Shown here piece after piece: positions 1 to 9,133 of a DNA stretch of 64,000 nucleotides. The notes below the pieces were generated by a model. The model did no database searches. It saw nothing but the letters and a program-made list of their open reading frames with translations, and was not told where the DNA came from. This DNA comes from Candidatus Eiseniibacteriota bacterium (GTDB lineage Bacteria > Eisenbacteria > RBG-16-71-46), in contig JANMQY010000023.1 of the NCBI GenBank assembly GCA_031370785.1, forward strand, positions 42,746 to 106,745, written 5' to 3'. The first letter of the stretch is position 1, and every line of letters starts with the position of its first letter. A program made the translations under genes and the position numbers.

Positions 1-1
1 G

Positions 2-547
2 ACCACGCTCGGATTCTGGGAGCAGAACGACGCGCGCGCGATCCTGGCCTGGGTGGCCCGACAGCCCGGCCTGCGCGAGGACCGGATCGGAATGATGGGC
101 GAGTCGCTGGGCGGGAGCGTCGCGCTCTCGATCGCGCCCTCGCATCCGGAGGTGCGAGCGCTGGTGGTGGACAGCCCGTTCGCCACCGGGCATCGTGCCC
201 TGTCGGATGGAGCGGAGCGCTTCTTCCACGTGGCTCACGAGCCGTTTGCGGCGCTCGCCCGATTCGCGACCATCGCGATCACCCACCACGATCCCTATGC
301 GCTCGACTGCATCGCCGCCTGCGAGAGCCTGACCACGCGCCCGGTGTTCTTCATCCACTCGCTGCGCGACGACCGGCTGTCGCCCGATCAGAGCCGCGAC
401 CTGTGGCGCGCGACCGGTTCGAACGGAACTCTGTGGGTGGTACCCGTGGCCGGACACACCCAGGCCTGGGTCCGCCACCGCGCCGAGTACGAGCGCCGCG
501 TGCTCGCGTTCTTCGCCGGGCCGCTCGGTTCCGGAGCAAGGAGATGA
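2..547 (+). CDS. Alpha/beta hydrolase (5' partial)
   Basis: Frame open from the window edge (TTLGFWEQNDARAILAWV); nucleophile elbow GESLGG, IHSLRDD acid region, AGHTQA His. Confidence 0.85.
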   Translation, partial: TTLGFWEQNDARAILAWVARQPGLREDRIGMMGESLGGSVALSIAPSHPEVRALVVDSPFATGHRALSDGAERFFHVAHEPFAALARFATIAITHHDPYALDCIAACESLTTRPVFFIHSLRDDRLSPDQSRDLWRATGSNGTLWVVPVAGHTQAWVRHRAEYERRVLAFFAGPLGSGARR

Positions 548-1341
548 GTGCGGAGGTCCGGCTCGGCACCCAGGGCTGGGCGTACCCGGACTGGATCGGC
601 GTGTTCTACCCGCCCGGCGCGAAGCAGGAGGACTATCTCCCGTTCTACTCCCAGATCTTCGACACGGTCGAGCTGGACACCACGTTCTACCATCCGCCGA
701 AGAAGGCGGTCGTGCGCTCGTGGGAGAAGCGCGTACCGGCGCACTTTCGCTTCGCCGCCAAGCTGCCGCGCGCGATCACGCACGACGCACTGCTGCGCGG
801 TGTGGCCGAGGAGCTCGCCGAATTCGTGCGCTCGCTCGAGCCGCTCGGGGAGAAGCTGGGGCCATTGCTCGCCCAGATGCCGGCCGAATTCACACGCGAA
901 CCGGACAGCGTCGCGACCCTGCGCTCGTTCCTCGAAAGCGTGCCGGAGGGGGTCAGGCTCGCGGTCGAGTTCCGCCACGCTTCGTGGCACGTGGCGGAAA
1001 CCTGGGACGTGCTCAGAGTCAGTCGCGCGGCGGTGGCGTGGACCTCGTGGCGCGAGCTGCCGCGCGTGACCGAGGTGACCGCCGATTTTCTCTACCTGCG
1101 CTGGCTGGGCGACCGCAGGGAGATCGAGAAGTACGATCGCGTGCAGGTCGACCGCTCGGATGAATTCGAAGCGTGGAAGCCGGATCTCGAGCGCGTGCTG
1201 CCCGAGGTGCGCGAGATCTACGGGTACTTCAACAACCACTGGGCCGGCCACTCGCCGGCCAGCGCCAACGAGATGAAGCGGCGCCTCGGACTGATCTCGG
1301 TGGAGGCGAAGGAACGCTGGCCGCAGCGCGAGATCTGGTAG
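544..1341 (+). CDS. DUF72 (YecE-like) protein
   Basis: ATGA overlap with the upstream stop; GTQGWAYPDWIGVFYP, VELDTTFY, AVEFRHASW, YLRW, YGYFNNH motifs. Confidence 0.92.
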   Translation: MSAEVRLGTQGWAYPDWIGVFYPPGAKQEDYLPFYSQIFDTVELDTTFYHPPKKAVVRSWEKRVPAHFRFAAKLPRAITHDALLRGVAEELAEFVRSLEPLGEKLGPLLAQMPAEFTREPDSVATLRSFLESVPEGVRLAVEFRHASWHVAETWDVLRVSRAAVAWTSWRELPRVTEVTADFLYLRWLGDRREIEKYDRVQVDRSDEFEAWKPDLERVLPEVREIYGYFNNHWAGHSPASANEMKRRLGLISVEAKERWPQREIW

Positions 1342-1344
1342 TCG

Positions 1345-2025
1345 CTAGCGGTTTCCCGCCTGGACCCGTCCGCCGCTCAGCGCCCTGACCGCATCCGGCG
1401 CCTGACACGACGCGTCACCGTAGTCGACCCGCACCCGGCCGAGGGCGGTCGCGACCCCGAGGGCGGTACGCTTGAGCGCCGGGTTTCGCGAGCCGATTGC
1501 GATCAGAGCGTTGTTCATCGCTTCCTTCACCCAGTTCTCCTCGTGTTGCAGCCGGCGCTGGATGCCGGCGAGGTAGGGAATGAACCATGCGTTGGCGAGG
1601 GCCGTCTCGCTCTTCGCGAGCGATTCGAGCAGGGACCAGCCGGCACGGCGCACATGATCGTCGGGGCTGCGGGTCCACGTCTCGAGCCTGGCCTGCGCGA
1701 AGGGCGTCTTCACGACCAGCTCCGAGACGAACTGGTCGGTGAGCAACCAGTAGGTGCAGTCGGTCACCCAGCGATCGATCAGCTCCTCGCTCATGAGGGA
1801 GGGATCGGCCACGAAGGTGGCCAGCAACCGGGCATCGAAGATGCCGCTGTCCCACAGCGCGATCGCGAGCGCGTGATTCCTTCCCAGCTTCTTCGCGTAC
1901 GCGTGAATCGGGGTGAGCCCGACGCCGTAGAAGCGCGAGGTGTCCATGCCGAGCTTCTTCCAGACCGCGATCGCGCGCGAATCGCCGAGCGCCTTGAGCT
2001 CTTCGAGAACCGCTTCAACCTTCAT
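1345..2025 (-). CDS. DNA alkylation repair protein (AlkD-like HEAT repeat)
   Basis: MKVEAVLEELKALG start; NHALAIALWDSGIFDARLLA and WVKEAMNNALIAIG motifs. Confidence 0.85.
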   Translation of the reverse strand: MKVEAVLEELKALGDSRAIAVWKKLGMDTSRFYGVGLTPIHAYAKKLGRNHALAIALWDSGIFDARLLATFVADPSLMSEELIDRWVTDCTYWLLTDQFVSELVVKTPFAQARLETWTRSPDDHVRRAGWSLLESLAKSETALANAWFIPYLAGIQRRLQHEENWVKEAMNNALIAIGSRNPALKRTALGVATALGRVRVDYGDASCQAPDAVRALSGGRVQAGNR

Positions 2026-2077
2026 GTCAGCACTCCCTGGCCAGGGAAAGGCAGGCCCCCGGGCGGCACACCGGGAA

Positions 2078-2716
2078 CTAGTTGCCTCCGCCCTTCGATT
2101 CGCGGCCGGTGACGGTCTGAATGGCACGCACGGCGGCGTCGCGCGCGGCGTCGATCTGCGCCTCGGGACCGGACAGATAGAGCCGTCCGTAGGCGCCGAA
2201 AAGTGAAGCATCGATGAGCTTGACCCGCGCGGCCTTGAGTGCCTCGTTGGCGGCAAACGCGACGTAGCCGGCGGGCTCGGTCTCGAAGATGAAGAGAGAC
2301 TCGCCGGCCAGGAGCATATCGCCGTAGCGGCTCTTGTTGATGACCTGCGCGTGATAGGACTCGACTCCCCGGATGATCTGGTCCGAAACCACGCGCGGCT
2401 TGACCCGGTCGGATTCTCCGATGCCGAGATGAGCGAGCACCGACTGCCCCGCGATCTGCACCTGGCCCTTGTCGCCGTGGTGAAATTCGAGCAGACCGAA
2501 CGCGCGCTCGACTACCATGATCGCGGGCGTCACCTGGGTGGCCTTGAGCGCCACGTCGGTGATCCGGTTGATGATCAGGCCGGGCGCGGTCTCGATGAAC
2601 ATCGAGGCGTCGCCGGGCACGGGCAGGAAGCCGCGTGCGGTCGTGCCGATGAACGCGGCGAGCTGGGACTGCAGACTGTCGAGAAAAACGTAGGTGCGCA
2701 GGGTCACGTCTGCCAT
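2078..2716 (-). CDS. Bacterial microcompartment tandem-domain shell protein (BMC-T, CcmP/CsoS1D-like)
   Basis: [46 protein letters not shown] and [10 protein letters not shown] closely resemble Haliangium BMC-T2/CcmP-type proteins (from recall). Confidence 0.9.
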   Translation of the reverse strand: MADVTLRTYVFLDSLQSQLAAFIGTTARGFLPVPGDASMFIETAPGLIINRITDVALKATQVTPAIMVVERAFGLLEFHHGDKGQVQIAGQSVLAHLGIGESDRVKPRVVSDQIIRGVESYHAQVINKSRYGDMLLAGESLFIFETEPAGYVAFAANEALKAARVKLIDASLFGAYGRLYLSGPEAQIDAARDAAVRAIQTVTGRESKGGGN

Positions 2717-2788
2717 AGGCGGCCGACCTTAGCGGCGGCGGTCGCAGGCGTCAATGGCGGCGGCCCCGGATGGGTGCCGAGTCCGGCC

Positions 2789-2817
2789 TTGACGCTCCGG
2801 GGGCGCCGGAGCATATT
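2789..2817 (+). promoter_or_regulatory. Putative sigma70 promoter for satD
   Basis: TTGACG-N17-CATATT; the -10 overlaps the first palindrome. Confidence 0.55.
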
Positions 2818-2863
2818 CGCCCTCTGAAGGGCGAATCCCTGAATTCGCCCCCTGGAGGGTGAA
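2815..2863. repeat. Tandem 20-bp palindromes before satD
   Basis: TTCGCCCTCTGAAGGGCGAA (2816-2835) and TTCGCCCCCTGGAGGGTGAA (2844-2863), 28-bp period. Confidence 0.85.
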
Positions 2864-2866
2864 CGC

Positions 2867-3574
2867 GTGGAACCGCGAATCTGGCAGGTGCTGGTCGCCG
2901 ATCTCCGATCCTCTCGCCGGATCCCGGACCGGCAGCGCCCGAGAATCGACAAGGCACTGCAGCGCGCCGCGGCGCGAGTGGTCCACCGTTACGGAGACCA
3001 CTTCCGTCTCAAGCCGCAGGTGCTGAAAGGCGACGAGCTGCAGGCGGTGCTGCGCGCGGATGCGCCGGCGCTCCATGTGGTGACCTATCTCCGGGCCCAG
3101 CTCGCGATCGCCGCCGGGATCCGGGTCGAGCTGCGCGCCGGGCTCGGGCGCGGCGAGATCCGGCGCCTGAGTACGAGCGGCCCGTTCGCCTCGGAGGGAG
3201 TCGCGTTTCACCGAGCGCGCACCGCGCTCGAGCAGGCGAAGCAGTCGGGAGGCGATCGGCTCACCGCGTGGGTGTCGGGCGATCCGTTCTTCGACGAGCT
3301 CGCCGCGACGGTTCTCGCTCTGACCGACGCGTTTGCTTCGCGCTGGACGGTGCCGCAGTGGGAGGCAATCGCCGGGCGGATCGAAGAGAAGGCGCTGCAG
3401 GCGATCGCCCGCGACGCCGGCGTTGGCTTCCAGTCGGTCTCCAAGCGTCTGCGCGCGGCCTCGTGGAACGAAGTGGGCCAGGGCTATGCGCTGCTCGAGA
3501 AGATCGCGACGGTGGTCGGCAGCGGGCCCCGGGCCGGAGCCGCCCGCGCGACCACTTCGCCGTCCAGAGGCTGA
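2867..3574 (+). CDS. SatD family protein (cyclase/palm-like N-domain plus C-terminal HTH)
   Basis: VLVADLRSSR, KGDELQAV, RAGLGRG, GVAFHRAR; HTH LQAIARDAGVGFQSVSKRL; GGAGG before the GTG start. Confidence 0.85.
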   Translation: MEPRIWQVLVADLRSSRRIPDRQRPRIDKALQRAAARVVHRYGDHFRLKPQVLKGDELQAVLRADAPALHVVTYLRAQLAIAAGIRVELRAGLGRGEIRRLSTSGPFASEGVAFHRARTALEQAKQSGGDRLTAWVSGDPFFDELAATVLALTDAFASRWTVPQWEAIAGRIEEKALQAIARDAGVGFQSVSKRLRAASWNEVGQGYALLEKIATVVGSGPRAGAARATTSPSRG

Positions 3575-3603
3575 ATCCGGGATTTCGCCCTCAGGAGGGT
3601 GAA
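3556..3603. repeat. Tandem 20-bp palindromes before the DUF3307 gene
   Basis: TTCGCCGTCCAGAGGCTGAA (3556-3575) and TTCGCCCTCAGGAGGGTGAA (3584-3603), 28-bp period. Confidence 0.85.
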
Positions 3604-3606
3604 GCG

Positions 3607-4356
3607 ATGAACCTGCCCGCGCCGCTGCTGCTCAAGCTGCTGACCGCCCACCTGGTCGGGGACTACCTGTTCCAGACCGATTGGGTCGCGGCACGCAAGC
3701 GCCGCTGGCCGGTGCTCGCGCTTCACGGGCTCGGGCACGCCGCACTCCTCGCCGGCGTGGTCCTCACCGAGCCCCGCGGTCCACGACTGATGCTGGCGCT
3801 GGCTCTCCTGCTGCTCGCGCACCTCGCGATCGACGCATGGACCAGCCGCAGCCGGAGCGAGGGCACGCTCACGCTTCTGCTCGATCAGAGCCTGCATGCG
3901 GCGACGATCCTCGCGGCGGTCGCCCTTGCACGTCCGTCGGAACTGGCCGGACTCGGCGACACGATCGGAGTCTGGCTCCAGGACGGCAGGACGTTCGCGG
4001 TGATCGCCGGCTTCGTCGCCGCGGTGTGGATGGGAGCGGTCGTGGTCGGACGCTGGGTGAAGCCGTTCGCGGATCGCATCACCGACGGGACCGTCGAGGG
4101 CAGGAGCGGGCTCAAGAACGCGGGGCGCGCGATCGGCATCCTCGAGCGTGGCCTGATCTTCATCGCGATCCTCGTCGGTCTCGAGGCCCTGGTCGGATTC
4201 GTGGTCGCGGCGAAGGCGCTGCTCCGCCTGCCCGAAGCGCGTGAGCGCGCGAGCCGCGAGCTGTCCGAGTACTACCTGGTCGGCACGCTGGCCAGCGTGT
4301 TCTGGGCGGTGATGGTGAGCCTTCTCACGCGCTGGGCGGTGCGCGGCTCGCCATGA
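3607..4356 (+). CDS. DUF3307 membrane protein
   Basis: AHLVGDYLFQ, HLAID, DQSLH, AGRAIGILERGL, AAKALLR, SEYYLVGTLAS; multiple TM helices. Confidence 0.88.
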   Translation: MNLPAPLLLKLLTAHLVGDYLFQTDWVAARKRRWPVLALHGLGHAALLAGVVLTEPRGPRLMLALALLLLAHLAIDAWTSRSRSEGTLTLLLDQSLHAATILAAVALARPSELAGLGDTIGVWLQDGRTFAVIAGFVAAVWMGAVVVGRWVKPFADRITDGTVEGRSGLKNAGRAIGILERGLIFIAILVGLEALVGFVVAAKALLRLPEARERASRELSEYYLVGTLASVFWAVMVSLLTRWAVRGSP

Positions 4357-5972
4357 CCGGTCCGGCGCAGGCGGGGGGGCCGACGCCCACGACGCGGCGG
4401 GCGCGGCCGGCGCCGACGCTCCCCGCGCTGCTGCTGCTCGGCGCGTTCACGCTGGTGGTGCGCCTCATGTGTCTGCCCGCGGTGCGCGAGGACAATCTCA
4501 CTCCCGATGGCGCGCGCTTCCTCAACATCGCGCGCTGCATCACGCGCGGCGAAGGGTTCTCGACGCCCGAGGCGTGGCCGGCGTGGATGAATCCCGAGCG
4601 TCTGCCGGCCCCCGAAACCTTCAAGGAGCCGGGCTACCCGTTCGCGATCGCGGCGCTCACGCCGCTGGTGCAGGGCCCGTTCCGCGCCGGGCAATGGATT
4701 TCGCTGCTCGCCGGGCTGCTGCTGCCGTTCGCCGTGTACGCGCTCGGGCGAAGGCTCGACCCCGATCCGTGGGTGGGAATCGTCGCGGGCGCATTGAGCG
4801 CCGCGAGCCCGGTGCTGATCGCGCAATCAGTGTACGTCATGGCCGAGTCGGCGTTCGCGCTTGCTCTGACGGTGGCGTTCCTCGCCGCCGCTCCGGCGAC
4901 CGATTTCGGCGGGAGGAAGGTGTCTCCCGAGGCGCCACCGGCGCTCGATCTGATCGCTGGCATGCTGTTCGGGCTCGCGTTCCTGGTACGCGCCCAGGCG
5001 CTGGTCGCATTTCCCGCGCTTGCGCTGCTGCTGATCGCCGGGCGCACGTGGCGCGTGCGCCTGGGTCGGGTGGCGCTGGCGGCTGCCGGCGCACTGATCG
5101 CCATCACCCCTCTGATCGTGCGCAACCTGCGCCTGTTCGGCGAGCCGCTGCACAGCGATGTCACGGCGTTCGGACTGTGGCCGTACGTCGATCAGTTCGC
5201 GTTCACCCATTTCCTCGAGCGGCCGCCCTCGGCGGCAGGCTATGCGCTCTCCCACCTGCCCCAGGTGATGGCTCATGCGCGGAGCACGCTCGCGAGCTTC
5301 CTGCGCTTCACGCTGCCACACGACCTCCTCGGGCACGGCGTGCTGATCTTCCCGCTCGTGATCGGCGCGTGGATCGCGACGCAGCGCGCCCGGGTGTGGA
5401 GCTTTGCGCTCCTCTACCTTTCGTGCACCGCGATATTCATCCTGAGTCTCAACTGGGTGGCGCGCTATTTCGCGAGCGCGGCTCCATTGCTGTGCCTGCT
5501 CGCGGCGCTCGGGGCGGTCTGGATCGCGCGACGTGTGGAGCCGGTGCCGCGGCCGAGAGGATTCAGCCTCGCGCGCATGATGGCGCTCGTGCTCGTGCTG
5601 CTGATGGTGGCGATCGCCGTACGGACGGTGCGCAGCGTCGCCCCACCGACCATGCCCGATCTGGCCGCCGCCCGGGCCGAAGCGCCATTTCTGCGCGCAC
5701 ATCTTGCGCCGGGCGAGGCGGTGATGGCCGAGACCACTTCATACTGGGCGTGGTTCACCGATCGTCCCGCGGTCCATCCGGTGGTAGCCGACATCCCGAC
5801 ATTCGAATCCGTGATGCGCAGGCTGCGCGTGCACTACGCCGCGCTGCCGACCAGCCGTCTCGCGGAGTTCGCGGCCCGCTATCCGGGCGGCAAGCTGCCG
5901 GACGCGCTGGTTCGCGACCACGAGAACGCGGTCTGCGACATCACCGTGTTCGAAGTGCGCGTACCGCGCTAG
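4353..5972 (+). CDS. ArnT/PMT-like (GT-C) membrane glycosyltransferase
   Basis: Acidic motif after the first TM (LTPDG), PGYP, AESAF, GLAFLVR; about 12 TM segments plus a periplasmic tail. Confidence 0.72.
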   Translation: MTGPAQAGGPTPTTRRARPAPTLPALLLLGAFTLVVRLMCLPAVREDNLTPDGARFLNIARCITRGEGFSTPEAWPAWMNPERLPAPETFKEPGYPFAIAALTPLVQGPFRAGQWISLLAGLLLPFAVYALGRRLDPDPWVGIVAGALSAASPVLIAQSVYVMAESAFALALTVAFLAAAPATDFGGRKVSPEAPPALDLIAGMLFGLAFLVRAQALVAFPALALLLIAGRTWRVRLGRVALAAAGALIAITPLIVRNLRLFGEPLHSDVTAFGLWPYVDQFAFTHFLERPPSAAGYALSHLPQVMAHARSTLASFLRFTLPHDLLGHGVLIFPLVIGAWIATQRARVWSFALLYLSCTAIFILSLNWVARYFASAAPLLCLLAALGAVWIARRVEPVPRPRGFSLARMMALVLVLLMVAIAVRTVRSVAPPTMPDLAAARAEAPFLRAHLAPGEAVMAETTSYWAWFTDRPAVHPVVADIPTFESVMRRLRVHYAALPTSRLAEFAARYPGGKLPDALVRDHENAVCDITVFEVRVPR

Positions 5973-5982
5973 GTACCAGGGG

Positions 5983-7329
5983 TCAACGCAGGACCGGGAA
6001 ACGTGCGCTGCGTACCGCGTGGGCGGTGCGCAGCACCGCGAAGTAGACACCGGCGGGAACGTCGCGGCCCGCCTCATCGCGTCCGTCCCACTCGAGCCGC
6101 GTGATTCCCGCCGGCAGATCGCGGTCCGCGAGCGCGCGGACGCGCCGGCCGCCGGGATCGATCATCTCGATCCGCGCATGCGTGGCTGTCGGAGCGCTCA
6201 CCTCGAGCCGCCAGCGCCGGGCTCCGGGAGAACCGGGCACGAAGCGCAGCTGCAGGGCGCCCGAGACGTCGTGCGGCGTCGGCCCAACCGCGACGAGGTT
6301 GGGCTCGGCGAACCGGAAATGGGGAGGATCGGTCCAGACGATCTCCCGGATCTGGATGGTGCCGAGATCGCCTTCCGGGGCGCAGAAGTAGTCGTGCCCC
6401 GCGAACCGAAAGATCTCTGGCCCGAACCACTGGTCGGTGTTCTCGGTGGTGATCTCGCCGCTGAGATTTATCTGGCCGCTCCATGCGGTCGAGTCCGCAG
6501 TCGGATCGAGACTGGTTTCGAACTTGATCGCATGCCCCGAATTGGTCGTGTAGAACAGGTACCAGAGGCCGTTGTGATCGATCATCGCGGGCGATTCGAT
6601 CTTGGGATTGTAGTAACCCGTGTTCCACATCGGCTTGAGATCCGTCCAGACCCTGAAATCGCCGTCGGAGCGCGCGAGCTCGAGCACCATCTGATCCGGG
6701 TTCGCGGCCGGGCGCGTGGCGTTGTACATGAGCCAGCTGCCAGGGCTGGTGGGGTCGGGCATCAGGAACGGATCGCGGAAGTCGCCACCCATGGCGCTCG
6801 AAGAATCGCACAGCACCCACGGGACCTGATTGCAGCCGAAGATCGGATCCGCTTCGCGCGTCCACTCCATGAGATCCGGCGAAGTCGCGAGCCCGACGCG
6901 CTGGTACAGGGCGTAGGCCGGAGGTCCGCGGGTGACGCCGGTGTAGAACAGCGCCCAGTCATTGGCGCGCCGGATCACCTGCGGCGACCACACGTGGAAG
7001 TTGTCCCAGGACGACGGCCGGATCGGAAGGACCGGGTCGAGCTCGGTCCAGTTCTGAAGATCGTTCGAGACCGCATGCCCGAGGTCGCGCTCGGTGGAGT
7101 CGTCGAGCACGAAATATCGATGCTTGATATAGAACATGTGGAACAGCTCGCCGTCGTGGACGATCGTGCATTCCTTGGGGCGAAACGGGAACTGCGGGAG
7201 GAAGAAAGCGGCGTGCGCACGGAGCGGGGCGCCGAACAGAAGGGCGACGACAAGCGGGAGCGCCGCGGTCGCGCCATGGCAGACGCGGCACGCTCGGGGA
7301 TGGGACGAGGAAGCGGCGGCCGGCGTCAT
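5983..7329 (-). CDS. Secreted GH32/clan GH-J beta-propeller protein with C-terminal FlgD-Ig domain
   Basis: Signal peptide; FHMFY, GHAVSNDL.NW, WSPQV, FRDPF, IESP; C-terminal GRRVRAL..WDGRDEAG..PAGVYF. Confidence 0.8.
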   Translation of the reverse strand: MTPAAASSSHPRACRVCHGATAALPLVVALLFGAPLRAHAAFFLPQFPFRPKECTIVHDGELFHMFYIKHRYFVLDDSTERDLGHAVSNDLQNWTELDPVLPIRPSSWDNFHVWSPQVIRRANDWALFYTGVTRGPPAYALYQRVGLATSPDLMEWTREADPIFGCNQVPWVLCDSSSAMGGDFRDPFLMPDPTSPGSWLMYNATRPAANPDQMVLELARSDGDFRVWTDLKPMWNTGYYNPKIESPAMIDHNGLWYLFYTTNSGHAIKFETSLDPTADSTAWSGQINLSGEITTENTDQWFGPEIFRFAGHDYFCAPEGDLGTIQIREIVWTDPPHFRFAEPNLVAVGPTPHDVSGALQLRFVPGSPGARRWRLEVSAPTATHARIEMIDPGGRRVRALADRDLPAGITRLEWDGRDEAGRDVPAGVYFAVLRTAHAVRSARFPVLR

Positions 7330-7447
7330 CAGTCGAGAGCCTCCAGTCGATACGAATGACCCTCACTGGGGCAATGAGCATGATCGATGCCCGCTCGAGC
7401 GTCAACGTCCGAGTCGCAGCGCCTTCATGCAACTCCTGTGACCCGCT

Positions 7448-9067
7448 CTAGCGGACGAAGATGCGAAGCGGGGTAGGGTGCGGGATGCGCGAACTCACCT
7501 CCGCGGTGATCTCCCGCGTCGAAGACTCGAGCCGTCGCACCATCGCCGAGTCGGGCCAGCCGCCGTAGAGCGACTGCCCGGCATCCACGATGAAGACGTG
7601 GATCGAAGAGTCGGCCTCGAAGGCCGCGCCACGTTCCGGAGTCCACGCGAGTCCCGGAGTGCTCCAGTAGAGCCCGGTGCGGAACAGGTAGAAGCCGAGC
7701 ACCGGCACCTCGGGACCGACGAAGCACACCCGGTTGGGCGGTGCGGCCGCCAGATACGGCGCGAGAGCACTGGTCATCGACCGATAGCCGATCTGGTGAT
7801 ATCGAAGCGGCAGTCGCTGCGCGTCGCGAACGATCGCGGCGCAGATCACGAGAGCGGCGAGTGTGGCCGCGGTGGCTCCGCTCCAGCGCGGCCTCCATGC
7901 GAGCACGAGCTGCGTCCCCGCGAACAGAAGCCATACGCCGAGCCAGAGCACGAACGGGAGCGATGGTCCGCCTAGTCGCTGGATGATCCACGGAAACGTG
8001 AGGCCAGCGCCGAGTACGAATCCCCTCGGTCCGAGTCGACGGCCTTCGGCAAGATCCGAGAAGCCGAGTGCCGCGACCGACACCCACGCGGGCAGCACCA
8101 CGTAGGCGTATCCACCCGTCTTCACCCGAAAGCACGACAGGATCAGGATCCCGAGGGCCCAGATCAGGAGCGCCCGCGGCACCGGCTCATTCCGCCGTCG
8201 CCACGCCGCGGAAATTCCCTGCGCGACGAACGGGATCAGGAGCAGCAGCGCATGGCTGAGCACGCCCCAGTAGTAGATGGGAGGCTTGATCCAGTACGAG
8301 GCATAGCCCGCGCCCCCCATGCGCGCCGCGAACGCGCCTTGGAAGTAGATCGAGAGCCAGTGCGCGAGATCGGAGGGGGAGAAGAGCGCGACCGCGAGAA
8401 GGTGAAGCGGGGCGATGACGAGCGCGCCGAGGGCCAGCGCGAGCAGCCTTCGCAGGCGGTCTTCGCGGGCGGAAGCGACGAGGCTGGCCACCGGAATCGC
8501 GACCAGCACGACGAGCCAGAGCTTGCACAGAAAAGCCAGCCCGAGCAGGAGTCCCGCGAAGAACGCATGCCGGCGGCTCGGGCGCTCGCTTGAGACCAGC
8601 ATCATCGCGCAGGCGCCGAGCGCGGTGAGCGGCAGCTCGGCTCCAACCACCCGTGACCCGTCGGTGAACCACGGCAGCGTCATCAAAAGCGCGGCAGCGA
8701 GTACTCCGGCTGTAGCGCCCGCGGCCCGCTTCACGAGTATTGCGCAGCACGCCGCAATGATTGCCGCCGCCACGATGGAAATCCAGCGCAGCGCGATCTC
8801 GCTCGCACCCAGGATGCGGATCGAGAGCGCGAGCAGAGCGGGGTAGAGCGGAGGCTTGTCTCCCGGGACTCCCAGCGGCGAGAGCGAGGGCGAGATCAGA
8901 TAGCGAGAGGAGGCGAGAATGTTCTTCGCCATGATCCCGTAATAGCCCTCGTCTCCGCCCACCAGGTCGTTTACGCCCAGCGGCGACCACCAGAGCCAGG
9001 CTGAGAGGCCGGCGAGCGTGACCGCGAGCACCATTGCCGGAAACGCGGAGCCAGGGAGGCGCCTCAT
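7448..9067 (-). CDS. ArnT family (GT39/GT83) glycosyltransferase
   Basis: GDEGYYGIMAK, DKPPLY, GLAFLCK motifs; polytopic membrane protein. Confidence 0.85.
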   Translation of the reverse strand: MRRLPGSAFPAMVLAVTLAGLSAWLWWSPLGVNDLVGGDEGYYGIMAKNILASSRYLISPSLSPLGVPGDKPPLYPALLALSIRILGASEIALRWISIVAAAIIAACCAILVKRAAGATAGVLAAALLMTLPWFTDGSRVVGAELPLTALGACAMMLVSSERPSRRHAFFAGLLLGLAFLCKLWLVVLVAIPVASLVASAREDRLRRLLALALGALVIAPLHLLAVALFSPSDLAHWLSIYFQGAFAARMGGAGYASYWIKPPIYYWGVLSHALLLLIPFVAQGISAAWRRRNEPVPRALLIWALGILILSCFRVKTGGYAYVVLPAWVSVAALGFSDLAEGRRLGPRGFVLGAGLTFPWIIQRLGGPSLPFVLWLGVWLLFAGTQLVLAWRPRWSGATAATLAALVICAAIVRDAQRLPLRYHQIGYRSMTSALAPYLAAAPPNRVCFVGPEVPVLGFYLFRTGLYWSTPGLAWTPERGAAFEADSSIHVFIVDAGQSLYGGWPDSAMVRRLESSTREITAEVSSRIPHPTPLRIFVR

Positions 9068-9133
9068 CGTCGGATCAGGGGAAGTCGATCGACACGGTCA
9101 GGCGCGGCGCTTCGAGAACCGAGGGCATGGCGC

